From an uncultured Poribacteria bacterium (GTDB lineage: Bacteria; Poribacteria; WGA-4E; WGA-3G): a stretch of 64,000 nucleotides of DNA. Numbering within the stretch: the first letter of the stretch is position 1; the number at the start of each line of letters is the position of its first letter. Below, in pieces: positions 9,214 through 18,869 of this stretch. A program made the translations under genes and the position numbers. The notes beneath the pieces are model-generated. The model was given only the letters and a program-made list of their open reading frames with translations, searched no databases and was not told the origin of the DNA. The DNA is taken from NCBI GenBank assembly GCA_958296135.2, contig CATQHZ020000001.1, positions 2,752,001 through 2,816,000 on the forward strand, given 5' to 3'.

Positions 9214-9292
9214 CGTAGGGCGAGGGCCGTCACGGTCACGCCTACAGCAAACGTGCGCGTGTCGCCCCGCGTAAACACGGCCCCGCCCTACG
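9214..9292. repeat. GTAG-headed REP-like elements
   Basis: GTAGGGCGAGGGCCGTCACGG...CCTAC; the same family occurs at ~8228, 8320, 20740, 26465, 33297 and 57845. Confidence 0.7.
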
Positions 9293-9326
9293 TTCTAAGG
9301 AGGTTATCGCACGCGAGAAATGGGGC

Positions 9327-11747
9327 CTAGCGCAGCGTCCCCTGCCACGCGGATTTTAGGACGCTGATCGAGGTTTCAATAATTAGGTCGCCTTCCGTGC
9401 CAGTGACACTAAATTCCCCGCCTTCTGTGACGGCACCTAGGTACCCTATCGGCACGTCTGCCATGTGGGTTTCAAAAGCCTCTTGATGGCCAGGTTCAAT
9501 TTCGACGAGAAAGCGGCTCTGTGATTCTGAAAAGAGGCGCATCTCATCGGAGGCACTGTTGGAAACCGCGTCTACCGGCACCGGCGCGAGATGCAAGTGC
9601 ATGCCGTATCCACCCGCGAATGCCATCTCCGCTGCCGCAACACCGATACCGCCTTCCGAACAATCATGGCAGGAACGCACTAACCCTTTACCGATAGCCG
9701 TGCTGAGCGTTTCCATTGTCAACTTCCCTTCGGTTGGACGGACAGTCGGCACATCCTGCGGGGGCAGACCGCGGGGGGCATCGCTAGCGAGCATGCTATA
9801 ATGCGAACCGCCGAGTTCCGGATACGTGTTGCCGATGACATAAATGGCATTGCCGGGTGCTTTCACATCCATCGTGACAGCACCGGTGATATCCTCCATG
9901 ACACAGATAGCGGAGATCAGCACGGTTGCGGGGATAGCGCGCTGCTCGCCCGTGGTCGTATCGCGGTATTCGTTATAGAGACTATCCTTGCCGGAGATAA
10001 AAGGCGTGCCATAGGCGGTGGCGATGTCATAACACGCTTTAGCGGCGCGCACTAATTCGCCGAGCCGCTCAGGTTTGTCCGGATTGCCCCAACAGAAATT
10101 GTCTAATAACGCCGTGCGTGCCAGTGTGCCACCGACAGCGATGACGTTGCGGAGTGCTTCGTCAATGGCGGCCGCGGCACTGTGATAAGGGTCGATGGCG
10201 CTATATTTCGGGTTGATGCCATTGGCAACGATAACGCCTTTCCTGCTGCCGAAGACAGGGGTAGCGATACAGGCATCGCTAGGGCCATCGTTTTCTGCGC
10301 CGACAAGCGGTTTGATGACGAGACCGCCCTGCACCTCGTGGTCATATTGCCGGATGACAGCTTCTTTGCTGGCGATGTTTGGATGCGCGAGGAGGCGACA
10401 AAGCGTTTCGAGGAAGTCCTGTGGCACCGGTAGTTTATCGTGCTGCTGAGGCGCGCGCCCTTTTGGCGGTTTCCACACCGCCGTTTTGACCGGCTGCGGC
10501 AGTCCCTCGTGTAGAAAGGCCATGTCCATATCGGCGACAAGCGCGCCTTCATAGAAGACCTGGAGTTTCTGCGTATCCGTGAACGTGCCGAGGGCTGTCG
10601 CCTCCACGCCTTCCGCTTCGCATACGTCTATCAAGTCGGCAAGATTGTTGGGTGGGACGGCGACTACCATCCGTTCCTGTGCTTCAGAGAGCCAGATTTC
10701 CCACGGCGCGAGTCCGTCGTATTTGAGCGAGACTCGTTCTAAATGGACTTCGGCACCGGTGTGTTGTCCCATTTCGCCGATGGCAGAGGAGAAGCCGCCC
10801 GCGCCGCAATCGGTGATGGAACGATAGAGCTGTTTGTCGCGCGCTTGGAGCAGGGCATCGACAACCTGTTTCTCCATAATCGGGTTACCGATTTGGACGA
10901 CACTGCCGAGGCTTTCCGAAGTCTCATTTAATTCGGCGGAAGAGAAGGTCGCGCCGTGGAGGCCATCGCGCCCGGTTCGCCCACCGATGGAGACGATAAG
11001 GTCACCGGGTTCAACCGATTTCTCGCACCTATCTTTCGGAATTAAGCCGACGTTGCCACAGAAAACGAGGGGATTCGCGGTGTAGCCTTCGTCAAATAAG
11101 ATGGCACCGTTCGCCGTGGGAATGCCCATCCGGTTCCCGTAATCGCGCACGCCGGCGACAACCCCTTTAAAGACACGTTTCGGATGGAGTGTGCCTTTCG
11201 GCAATGCGGCATCAGGCGTATCTAGCCGCCCGAAGCAGAAGACATCCGTGTTGAGAATCGGCTTTGCGCCGAGCCCTGTGCCGAGTGAATCCCGAATCAC
11301 ACCGCCGAGGCCGGTGGCCGCGCCGCCATACGGTTCAATTGCGGAGGGATGGTTATGCGTCTCTACCTTAAACACAAGGTTATAGGTATCATCAAACTCG
11401 ATGATGCCCGCGTTGTCCGAAAAGACAGAGACGCACCATGGCGCGGCGATGTCTCGCGTTGCGCCCTGGATGAACGTCGGGAACAACCCGTCAATCCGTT
11501 CTGGTTTTTTGCCGGGTGCTGTATAATGAATGAGACTTTTAAAGGTTTTGTGAACGCAATGTTCCGACCAGGTTTGGGCTAGCGTTTCTAGCTCCACATC
11601 GGTTGGGTCGCGTTCCAACGCGCGAAAGTGGGACCGGATCGCCCGCATTTCGGTGAGGTTCAGGGACAGCGTGCCTTCGCGGCTGATGCGCATCAGTTCG
11701 GCATCGTTGGCTGTGAGGATTTCAATTTTTTGCACGTTGCTGGACAT
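9327..11747 (-). CDS. purL: phosphoribosylformylglycinamidine synthase subunit PurL
   Basis: QTWSEHCVHKTF, KVETHNHPSAIEPYGGAATG, DCGAGG, SEAQERM, ISGKDSLYN. Confidence 0.97.
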   Translation of the reverse strand: MSSNVQKIEILTANDAELMRISREGTLSLNLTEMRAIRSHFRALERDPTDVELETLAQTWSEHCVHKTFKSLIHYTAPGKKPERIDGLFPTFIQGATRDIAAPWCVSVFSDNAGIIEFDDTYNLVFKVETHNHPSAIEPYGGAATGLGGVIRDSLGTGLGAKPILNTDVFCFGRLDTPDAALPKGTLHPKRVFKGVVAGVRDYGNRMGIPTANGAILFDEGYTANPLVFCGNVGLIPKDRCEKSVEPGDLIVSIGGRTGRDGLHGATFSSAELNETSESLGSVVQIGNPIMEKQVVDALLQARDKQLYRSITDCGAGGFSSAIGEMGQHTGAEVHLERVSLKYDGLAPWEIWLSEAQERMVVAVPPNNLADLIDVCEAEGVEATALGTFTDTQKLQVFYEGALVADMDMAFLHEGLPQPVKTAVWKPPKGRAPQQHDKLPVPQDFLETLCRLLAHPNIASKEAVIRQYDHEVQGGLVIKPLVGAENDGPSDACIATPVFGSRKGVIVANGINPKYSAIDPYHSAAAAIDEALRNVIAVGGTLARTALLDNFCWGNPDKPERLGELVRAAKACYDIATAYGTPFISGKDSLYNEYRDTTTGEQRAIPATVLISAICVMEDITGAVTMDVKAPGNAIYVIGNTYPELGGSHYSMLASDAPRGLPPQDVPTVRPTEGKLTMETLSTAIGKGLVRSCHDCSEGGIGVAAAEMAFAGGYGMHLHLAPVPVDAVSNSASDEMRLFSESQSRFLVEIEPGHQEAFETHMADVPIGYLGAVTEGGEFSVTGTEGDLIIETSISVLKSAWQGTLR

Positions 11748-11899
11748 TGGCTTCTCCGCTTTTTGTAGAAATTATCTCATACAAGTATAGCATATCCTGC
11801 CAGAGAATACAAGCAGAAAACCACCGTGGCACCGCGATTCAGCTCAAGCTCAGGCGAATCTTCACCTACAGAGACAAGGCAAATCAACGTCATTTGGGA

Positions 11900-12217
11900 T
11901 TAGTAATCATCATTATCCGGATCGTTCTTCTTTGCAAGACGTTCCAGATACCAGTCCCCACCGATGCACAAACCGTAAAAAACGAGGACGAATAAGAGGA
12001 AAAATACCTCAATCCAACCTAACTCCCCTATCACTGCTCCAAAAAACAAGTGGCTAAACAGGATCAGTTTGAACCAGCGCGCAAAGAACCGGAACAGGTA
12101 ACCCTGCCTGATTTTTTCTCCCCGGCCGATGTATAAGTTTATTCCGAGATAACAGATGCAGAGCGTAAGGAGACAGGCATAACCTCTATAAACATAGAAA
12201 AGGATTTCAGATAACAT
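11900..12217 (-). CDS. small membrane protein with acidic tail (paralog of 12718-13050)
   Basis: Hydrophobic segments, YAC motif, Asp-rich C-terminus. Confidence 0.65.
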   Translation of the reverse strand: MLSEILFYVYRGYACLLTLCICYLGINLYIGRGEKIRQGYLFRFFARWFKLILFSHLFFGAVIGELGWIEVFFLLFVLVFYGLCIGGDWYLERLAKKNDPDNDDY

Positions 12218-12252
12218 TGTGCCCCTTAAAATGGACGCGGTAGGCGCGCTTT

Positions 12253-12672
12253 CTAAGCGCGCCCTTCCCCTAAATTTTTCTCCAACGTCCCCGGCGGTAA
12301 ACCGAAGTCGGCTAAGCCCTCCCGAATCATCGCCAGATAGCCGGGCAAGGGGGTAACCAGCGGGAGCGGCTCAGTCATCTGATAAACCATCATCCCATCA
12401 ATCTCCAGCTTCTTGTAGAGATGGGGGTAGCCTTCAATTGCGTCTAGCTGCGTCTCAGCGGCGGCATCAATCTGCCAGCATCCGCCCCAGACGCAGTCTT
12501 CCGGTTCAGATTCAACGATGTCGGCATACTGCCGAAAGACGAGGCGATACCCCTGAATCTTCCGAGGGCCGATAGGGACCGCGGTTGGACAAGCTGTTTC
12601 CATGTGGGCATAGTTGAGATTCATGCCGTATGCGAAATAGAGTTTTGTTTTCATCATGTTGAAACCTGACAA
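12253..12672 (-). CDS. gamma-glutamylcyclotransferase family protein
   Basis: LYFAYGMNLN...GYRLVF...ADIV...VWG...LDAIEGYP.LY. Confidence 0.85.
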   Translation of the reverse strand: MSGFNMMKTKLYFAYGMNLNYAHMETACPTAVPIGPRKIQGYRLVFRQYADIVESEPEDCVWGGCWQIDAAAETQLDAIEGYPHLYKKLEIDGMMVYQMTEPLPLVTPLPGYLAMIREGLADFGLPPGTLEKNLGEGRA

Positions 12673-12717
12673 CGGGCGGATTCAGTTCAGAAATTATGGG
12701 CATTCCAGAGCTCCCTG

Positions 12718-13050
12718 TTAACCGGGAGGTGCGTCGTCATCGTCATCCTCTGAAGCAGAGTCTACTACCCACCGAAAAACGATGAGCATTGCCCAAAGGA
12801 CGAGGGTGGCAATGAGCATATAAACGTGGCCCCATGCCACAGGACCAATTGCTACGCCAACGGCCAAATAGCCGATGATGCAAGGCTTCCAATTGCGAAC
12901 GACGAATCGTGTTTTCGGGCTGCGCGCGAGATATGCCTTTCCATTGCCTCTCAGCAAATGAAATACCAGCCAAAAGGCACCGAGTATGCCTACAAAACTA
13001 ATGCAGGCATAAAAGTGCAAAAGTATCCTCAAAAGCACATCAATAACCAT
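12718..13050 (-). CDS. small membrane protein with acidic tail
   Basis: Hydrophobic, YAC motif, DDDDD tail. Confidence 0.65.
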   Translation of the reverse strand: MVIDVLLRILLHFYACISFVGILGAFWLVFHLLRGNGKAYLARSPKTRFVVRNWKPCIIGYLAVGVAIGPVAWGHVYMLIATLVLWAMLIVFRWVVDSASEDDDDDAPPG

Positions 13051-13083
13051 TTTTTTTGCGGATCCTTCAGTCCTGTTATTTTA

Positions 13084-13112
13084 AGTATAACATATTCTTC
13101 GCGGAGATGCAA
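13084..13112 (-). promoter_or_regulatory. sigma70 promoter
   Basis: TTGCAT-17bp-TATACT. Confidence 0.6.
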
Positions 13113-13249
13113 GCATTTTTCAAAGTCGCTGCCGTTTGTAGGGCAAGATCTCCAGATCTTGCCCAATGCGATGGGGTTGGATCGCTCAAAACAAGTTCCC
13201 ATGTAGGCAGGGATTGCTCAAGCCCTACCTACAAAGGATAGGCGGCATG

Positions 13250-14071
13250 CTACTTCTTAAACGAAGCTGTCACCCGCGGGATGCTCTCTTCACACGCGAA
13301 CCGCTCAATGCTAGAAGCACCGACGAAACCCACCGTATCTGTCTTCTCATTGATAAACGCCGCCTCCGGTGCCTTTGAGATGGGCCCGCCGTGCGCCATG
13401 CATAAAACATCGGGATTCTGGGCTTTCGCCGCGTCACAGATTTCTTGCACGCGCACCGCCGCATCCTCCAATGCGAAGGCGGTCTCCGCGCCGATAGTGC
13501 CGCCCACCGTCGTGCCCATGTGCGCGATAATAACATCCGCGCCGGCTGCCGCCATGTTCTCCGCCTCTGTCGGGTTAAATACATAGACGATAGTGAACAG
13601 GTCCATCTCGTGCGCAGTCCCGATCGTCTCGACCTCTTTGTAGAAGCCCATGCCGGTTTCTTCAAGCGTTTGCCGGAACGTGCCATCAATCACGCCGACA
13701 GTCGGAAAATTGTTGACTCCATCAAAACCGATATCGCGCACCTGCTTAAGAAAATTGCTCATCCGCCGCGTCGGATCCGTGCCGTTGACCCCGGCGATGA
13801 CAGGCGTCTCTTTGACGACAGGAAGCACCTCGCGCTCACCCATCTCCATGACGATAGCATTCGCATCGCCGTAAGCCAACAGCCCAGCACACGAACCGAA
13901 TCCGGACATTCGATACCGTCCGGAGTTGTAAATCACGATGAGGTCTGCGCCGCCCTGTTCGGCAAACTTGGCGGTAATCCCTGTCCCTGCGCCGACGGCG
14001 AGAATCGGTTTTCCTCTCGCTAATTCTCGACGAAGACGGGACAAAACCTGGGGTCTGGTATAATCTGGCAT
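13250..14071 (-). CDS. phosphoenolpyruvate hydrolase-like TIM-barrel protein
   Basis: GAGTGITAK..EQGGADLIVIYNSGRYRM, NFPTVG, AHMGTT, HGGPI, GASSIER. Confidence 0.9.
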   Translation of the reverse strand: MPDYTRPQVLSRLRRELARGKPILAVGAGTGITAKFAEQGGADLIVIYNSGRYRMSGFGSCAGLLAYGDANAIVMEMGEREVLPVVKETPVIAGVNGTDPTRRMSNFLKQVRDIGFDGVNNFPTVGVIDGTFRQTLEETGMGFYKEVETIGTAHEMDLFTIVYVFNPTEAENMAAAGADVIIAHMGTTVGGTIGAETAFALEDAAVRVQEICDAAKAQNPDVLCMAHGGPISKAPEAAFINEKTDTVGFVGASSIERFACEESIPRVTASFKK

Positions 14072-14149
14072 GATGTCTCTCCATAGTCTTCACCGGTAGG
14101 CACACTTACAACGCGCGCCTCCGGGTTCGTTCTGCGTCAGTCCTGAAAA

Positions 14150-15574
14150 TTATTCGTCGCGGGATTTGGCTTGCAACTTTGCCGCCTCGCCCGGGTTGCC
14201 GATGTGCATCGTATTGTATGCCTGCTCGGAACTCTTGAACGGGCCGACACCTTTATGGCCGTGCCAATCGCCCTGCGTCATAATCGGGTTGGTTAAACCG
14301 GTCTCCCGTTCGCGCCGGAGGATCCAATTTTTCATCCGCGTCTCTAGCACGTTGACGATGTCCGGATGCGACTCAACGAGGTTGTTGTTCTCGTCCGGGT
14401 CTTGGATTAAGTTATAGAGCTCCACGGGCGGCTTGAAATGAAAGTCCGGTTCCAGTGCCACGATGAGTTTCCATTCAGGTGTGCGCCAGCCGTGCTTCCG
14501 CATCCACGTGCATTCCGTGATGTAAAATTCGCTATCAAACGAGGCAACTTCCCCATTTACCATTGACATGAGGCTTTGTCCATCAAACGCGATGTCAGTT
14601 TCAACACCTGCCAATTCAAGGAGTGTCGGCACCAGGTCTTTGTGTTGGTTATAGCCGGAAACTCGTTTGCCAGCAGGCACGCGCCCTGGATAGCGGATAA
14701 TCAGTGGGACGTGCAGGGTGACATCGTAGAGGCCGTGATGGTCAAACCAACACTCGTGGTCATAGAGGGTTTCACCGTGGTCGCCGTTGATAACGATAAT
14801 AGTCTCGTCCATGACACCGTGCGTCTCCAGCGCGTTGAAAAGCGTCTGAATGCAGGCATCCATATAGGCGATCGCACCATCATACTGCGCGACGACGTAG
14901 TCCTTATCCGTAATCCCGGCCGGCATCCACGAAGCGAAGTAATCACAGAACGGCTTGAAGGACATCACCGGCTCCATAGACTTATTGCTCGGGTCGCACT
15001 CGTCTCCGTGGTAGAACATCCGTTCATAAGGCGCGGGCGGCAAATAGGGAGAGTGCGGATCCATGTGCCGCAGGAACAGGAAAAACGGTTCCCCGTTTTC
15101 GGGCCCCGAGGTCCCGCCTACACGGCTTTCGGCAACCAGCCGATTCAGTTCCGGAACGGCGATGTTGTTGAGACTCTGCGCTTTCGGGCTGCGCCCGGTC
15201 TCATCGCCGCCCCAACCCGAGTAATTGAGATAGGTATCAAAGCCACGCGAACTCGGTCCGCCGAAGCCGATGCAGCTGGTATTGTAACCCACCTTTTTCA
15301 GAATCTCCGCTAACGTTTTGACTTCTTCACGAAGCGGACCTTGGTGCCGCAGCGCGACAACCTGCGTGCTGAACGTATCCAACCCTGTCAGCATCGAGGC
15401 ATAAGCACTTGTCGTCGGGATGTGGGGGCTGTAGGTTCGTTCAAAAAGCGTTCCGCCTTGCGCGAACCTATCGATGTGCGGTGTCGTCAGGCGGTGATAC
15501 CCGTAGCAGCTCATGTGCGTGGCGAGGAGCGAGTCAACGCCCATCAGTACGATATTCGGATATTTTGTTCCCAT
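14150..15574 (-). CDS. sulfatase-fold (alkaline phosphatase superfamily) hydrolase
   Basis: PNIV...DSL...GY...TP.ID, DPHSPY, GDHGE, HHGLY..VPLII, ELYNL..DP.E..NL. Confidence 0.9.
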   Translation of the reverse strand: MGTKYPNIVLMGVDSLLATHMSCYGYHRLTTPHIDRFAQGGTLFERTYSPHIPTTSAYASMLTGLDTFSTQVVALRHQGPLREEVKTLAEILKKVGYNTSCIGFGGPSSRGFDTYLNYSGWGGDETGRSPKAQSLNNIAVPELNRLVAESRVGGTSGPENGEPFFLFLRHMDPHSPYLPPAPYERMFYHGDECDPSNKSMEPVMSFKPFCDYFASWMPAGITDKDYVVAQYDGAIAYMDACIQTLFNALETHGVMDETIIVINGDHGETLYDHECWFDHHGLYDVTLHVPLIIRYPGRVPAGKRVSGYNQHKDLVPTLLELAGVETDIAFDGQSLMSMVNGEVASFDSEFYITECTWMRKHGWRTPEWKLIVALEPDFHFKPPVELYNLIQDPDENNNLVESHPDIVNVLETRMKNWILRRERETGLTNPIMTQGDWHGHKGVGPFKSSEQAYNTMHIGNPGEAAKLQAKSRDE

Positions 15575-15653
15575 ACGTGAATTCTCCTATTTTTGTAGAT
15601 GGCGAGATTGCCCTACAGACGCTTCTGTAATCGCGATTCTCCGGTGCTCTCTT

Positions 15654-16460
15654 CTACCAATCGCTATGCCAGACAAGCGGATTCTGCGTGTCGTTGTCAA
15701 GCACGTCACCGATTTTGAGTGAGTTAAAATAGGCCTCGGGGAGGATGTTCTTCTTACCGTTGAAAGTGCATCCGTCGGGCATGAAGCCGCAGGTCATCGC
15801 CCTGCGGTGCGAGAGTGTCATGTTCGCGCCTGCGCCGTGCGCCGTTAACCCGTTATGCCAGACGATCGATCCGGCCGGGCACGGTGCCGCCTGTGGTTCA
15901 ATCTGTTTCCATTCCGGATAGACCGTGAACAGTTCGCCGATATTGACACCGATGCCGACGTTATCAAAGCGCGCCGTTTTGTGCGTTCCGGGCAAATACC
16001 ACATGCAGCCGTTCGCCAGCGTGGCATCGTCTAACGCCATCCAAAACGAAAGCGTGTCCCGCGAGTCGAAGGACCAGTAGGGCACATCAAGGTGCCACGC
16101 GGTAGGGTTGCCGTGCGGCGGCTTGATCAACGCCTGGTCGTGCCAGATGCGCATGCCATCAACGCCCGCAAGTTGCGTAGCCATGCGGCCAAGGCCCGGG
16201 TCGTAGACAAGTTTACGCATACCGGCGTGCGTGTCTGTCAAGCGGAGGCACTGCGTAAAGACGCGCGCGTAAAACTGCTTGGCATCCATCTGGTTCGTCA
16301 TAAATTCGACAGAATTGCCGAGTCGTTCGGCGACAGCTTCATCAGTGCATCGCCGCCATTCGGCGAGTTCGCCTGCATCGAGAAAGTTCTCAATGACGAG
16401 AAACCCGTTTTCCCGATAAGACGCAATTTGTTCAGAGGTGAGTTCGTGTTGCATCTGCAT
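15654..16460 (-). CDS. phytanoyl-CoA dioxygenase (PhyH) family protein
   Basis: WHLD Fe-binding HxD, NGCMWYLPGTH, HNGLTAHGAG.N..R. Confidence 0.9.
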   Translation of the reverse strand: MQMQHELTSEQIASYRENGFLVIENFLDAGELAEWRRCTDEAVAERLGNSVEFMTNQMDAKQFYARVFTQCLRLTDTHAGMRKLVYDPGLGRMATQLAGVDGMRIWHDQALIKPPHGNPTAWHLDVPYWSFDSRDTLSFWMALDDATLANGCMWYLPGTHKTARFDNVGIGVNIGELFTVYPEWKQIEPQAAPCPAGSIVWHNGLTAHGAGANMTLSHRRAMTCGFMPDGCTFNGKKNILPEAYFNSLKIGDVLDNDTQNPLVWHSDW

Positions 16461-16571
16461 TTTCTCCGTGAGAGTAAAGTTTATTGAATTATCGTATCAT
16501 ATTGGCGGTAAATATGCAAATGAAAAGTGCTGCAACCAGAAAAATTCAGTTCTCGGTTGAACCGTGACACC

Positions 16572-16600
16572 TGTAAGGACGGATTTCTATATCCGCCCGT
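16572..16600. repeat. GTAAGG-type REP-like hairpin
   Basis: GTAAGGACGGATTTCTATATCCGCCCG; related copies at ~37183, 53444 and 62422 (reverse). Confidence 0.7.
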
Positions 16601-16621
16601 TCGCCGCGTCTGCAAAAATCC

Positions 16622-16651
16622 TTGACAAAATTCACTCGGATAAGATATCCT
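16622..16651 (+). promoter_or_regulatory. sigma70 promoter for the Rpn and R-M genes
   Basis: TTGACA-18bp-TATCCT, similar in sequence to the promoter at 2698. Confidence 0.55.
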
Positions 16652-16723
16652 ATCTATATGAACTCCACCCTCAACCCAGAGGTAGGGATTTCATCACTGA
16701 ACTATTTTTAAAAAGGATACGAA

Positions 16724-17602
16724 ATGGCAACTTTTGACAGTGCCTCAAAAAGACTGGTACAAAAGAACCCACGCGACTTCGTGGCATTTGCCTTCAGCCG
16801 GCGGAACATCGGTGCCGATGAGTTCAGCGACATCAAACTCATCACGCCGGAACTCCCCACGGTGGACATGCACCAAGCGGATGTCCTTATCAAGGTAAAC
16901 CTCCGCGGCAAAGATGTCTTGGTGCATTTTGAGATTCAAACCACGGACAGTTTCGCTCTGCCGATGCCCCTACGGATGGCCGGCTATATTATCCGGCTCG
17001 TCGAAACCTATCGCATGGACGTTTACTCGCATGTGATTTATCTGCGTCCGAACGCAGGACGGAATGACCCGGGGTGTTTTGTGCAGGACATTGTGGGCCA
17101 ACAGATTTTGGTGGAATACCAAGTTATCCGTCTGGCAGCCTTGGATGGCCAGGCAGTTCTCGATGCGAAACATCCCGGCTTGCTCCCGTTCACACCGTTG
17201 ATGCAACCGCCGGCGGATGTAAATGAGGCGGAATGGCTGCGTCGGTGCATTCAAACCGTTGACAGCTTGGAGATGCCGAACAAGTTGGACACGCTGGGTA
17301 TCTTAGCAGTGTTAGGCAGCGCGATTTATGACAACGAGACGATTTTAGATACGATTCGGAGGGTAACGATGAACGAAGCACCGATTGTCCAATACTTGGG
17401 GGCACAAGCCGCCAACGAGCGAGCGCGTGAACACATCCTGAAATTGCTGGCAGCCCGCTTGCAGCCGGCGGCGGCGCGCACCTTTAAGCCCGCGTTGGAG
17501 GCAATTGAAGACTCGCAACGGCTTGAGGCGTTGTTTGACACCGCGATACGGATTGATTCTGTTGAAGAGTTCCATCAGGCCCTGGACGCAAGCGGAAACT
17601 AA
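16724..17602 (+). CDS. Rpn family recombination-promoting nuclease / putative transposase (PD-(D/E)XK fold)
   Basis: FD.ASK.L...P.DF, ADVL...HFEIQT...MPLRMAGY, LLPFTPLM. Confidence 0.85.
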   Translation: MATFDSASKRLVQKNPRDFVAFAFSRRNIGADEFSDIKLITPELPTVDMHQADVLIKVNLRGKDVLVHFEIQTTDSFALPMPLRMAGYIIRLVETYRMDVYSHVIYLRPNAGRNDPGCFVQDIVGQQILVEYQVIRLAALDGQAVLDAKHPGLLPFTPLMQPPADVNEAEWLRRCIQTVDSLEMPNKLDTLGILAVLGSAIYDNETILDTIRRVTMNEAPIVQYLGAQAANERAREHILKLLAARLQPAAARTFKPALEAIEDSQRLEALFDTAIRIDSVEEFHQALDASGN

Positions 17603-17771
17603 CGTCGAATCGCCGTGGTGAAACACTCTGCGCGTTCAATACGTGGGCGCGCAGGGTGCCCCCGCCACAGCGCGCGTGAACACATCCTGAAGTTGCTTGC
17701 AGCCGGAAGCAGCGCGCTACTAAGTCCACATTGAACACGATACTCGGTTTGAAGCAGATTGGAGTTTTAAC

Positions 17772-18869
17772 ATGCTACACGAAGACACCATTACCAGCAA
17801 ACTGGTGGCTCTCCTTGAAGAGATGCACACCGCGTGGAACATTGAACCCCAAAATACACAGACGTTCCTTCGCGAAAGTCAACGCCCGGATATCACTGTC
17901 AAAGAGAACGGCAGAAACCCCATCGTTATTGAGGTGAAAATTGACGAACCCAACGCTCCAAACCGCAGCGGCGAACCGCAGGCACGGAAGCATTTGGGTA
18001 GACAGCTCTCCTCTTATGAACAGGTAACAACCGCAATGGCGTTGCGCATACCGCATCAGTTTCGGCTCGCCGCCCACCGCGAATTAGATGAGGCACTCCG
18101 CCGAACCGATGAACTCCATTATGTCCTACTCAACCTTGACGAACATAGGAATGTCCACCGTTTTCCGAAAGAGGGGTGGGTAAAAGGGAGCCTCGCCGAT
18201 GTGGCGACAGCCATCCGCATCGGGGCCATTCCCAACGCCAGAGTCGACAAGGCCGCTTACGATTTAGAGCACGGCGTGAACGAAGCCGCCACGCTCATCG
18301 CTACCGCTGCCGAAACTCGCCCCGGCCTCGCCGAAAACGTGCAGCGGATTCTCTACCAAGAGGCAGGCGAACAAACGTATCGGATGGCGATGTTGATTAT
18401 CACGAACGCCTTTGTGTTTCAAAGTTCCCTCGCCGGCACATCCGAAATGGAACGTGTGCCTTCCCTCCTCCAACTCCGAACAGTGGAAGAGCGGCTGAAC
18501 TCCGATGACATCTTGGCGGCGTGGGATACCATCCGCAAAGTGAACTACCGGCCTATCTTTGATGTCGCGTACGAACTCATCCTCGCCCTAGCAACAGACG
18601 ATAGCCTCGTCGGCAGGGTGTTGTATCTGCTGCGGAACACCGCGCAAAAACTGGTAGACAGAGGCTTGGCGCAAGTCCACGAATTGGCTGGGATTGTGTT
18701 TCAACGGCTGATTGTGGATAGGAAATTCATCAAGACTTACTACACGCGCCCAGAATCGGTGGCTTTGCTCTCAACACTTGTTGTCCAACGCCGTGTGGTA
18801 GGGTTTCATAAAATAACGTATGTTAAGGGGGGGGGCAAGCAATGGCGTAGCGTGCTTATCCGACATTAA
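17772..18869 (+). CDS. type IIG restriction-modification enzyme, N-terminal nuclease part (frameshifted)
   Basis: RPDITV...IVIEVK PD-(D/E)XK motif, YYTRPES; the frame shifts at G9, 18827-18835. Confidence 0.75.
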   Translation: MLHEDTITSKLVALLEEMHTAWNIEPQNTQTFLRESQRPDITVKENGRNPIVIEVKIDEPNAPNRSGEPQARKHLGRQLSSYEQVTTAMALRIPHQFRLAAHRELDEALRRTDELHYVLLNLDEHRNVHRFPKEGWVKGSLADVATAIRIGAIPNARVDKAAYDLEHGVNEAATLIATAAETRPGLAENVQRILYQEAGEQTYRMAMLIITNAFVFQSSLAGTSEMERVPSLLQLRTVEERLNSDDILAAWDTIRKVNYRPIFDVAYELILALATDDSLVGRVLYLLRNTAQKLVDRGLAQVHELAGIVFQRLIVDRKFIKTYYTRPESVALLSTLVVQRRVVGFHKITYVKGGGKQWRSVLIRH

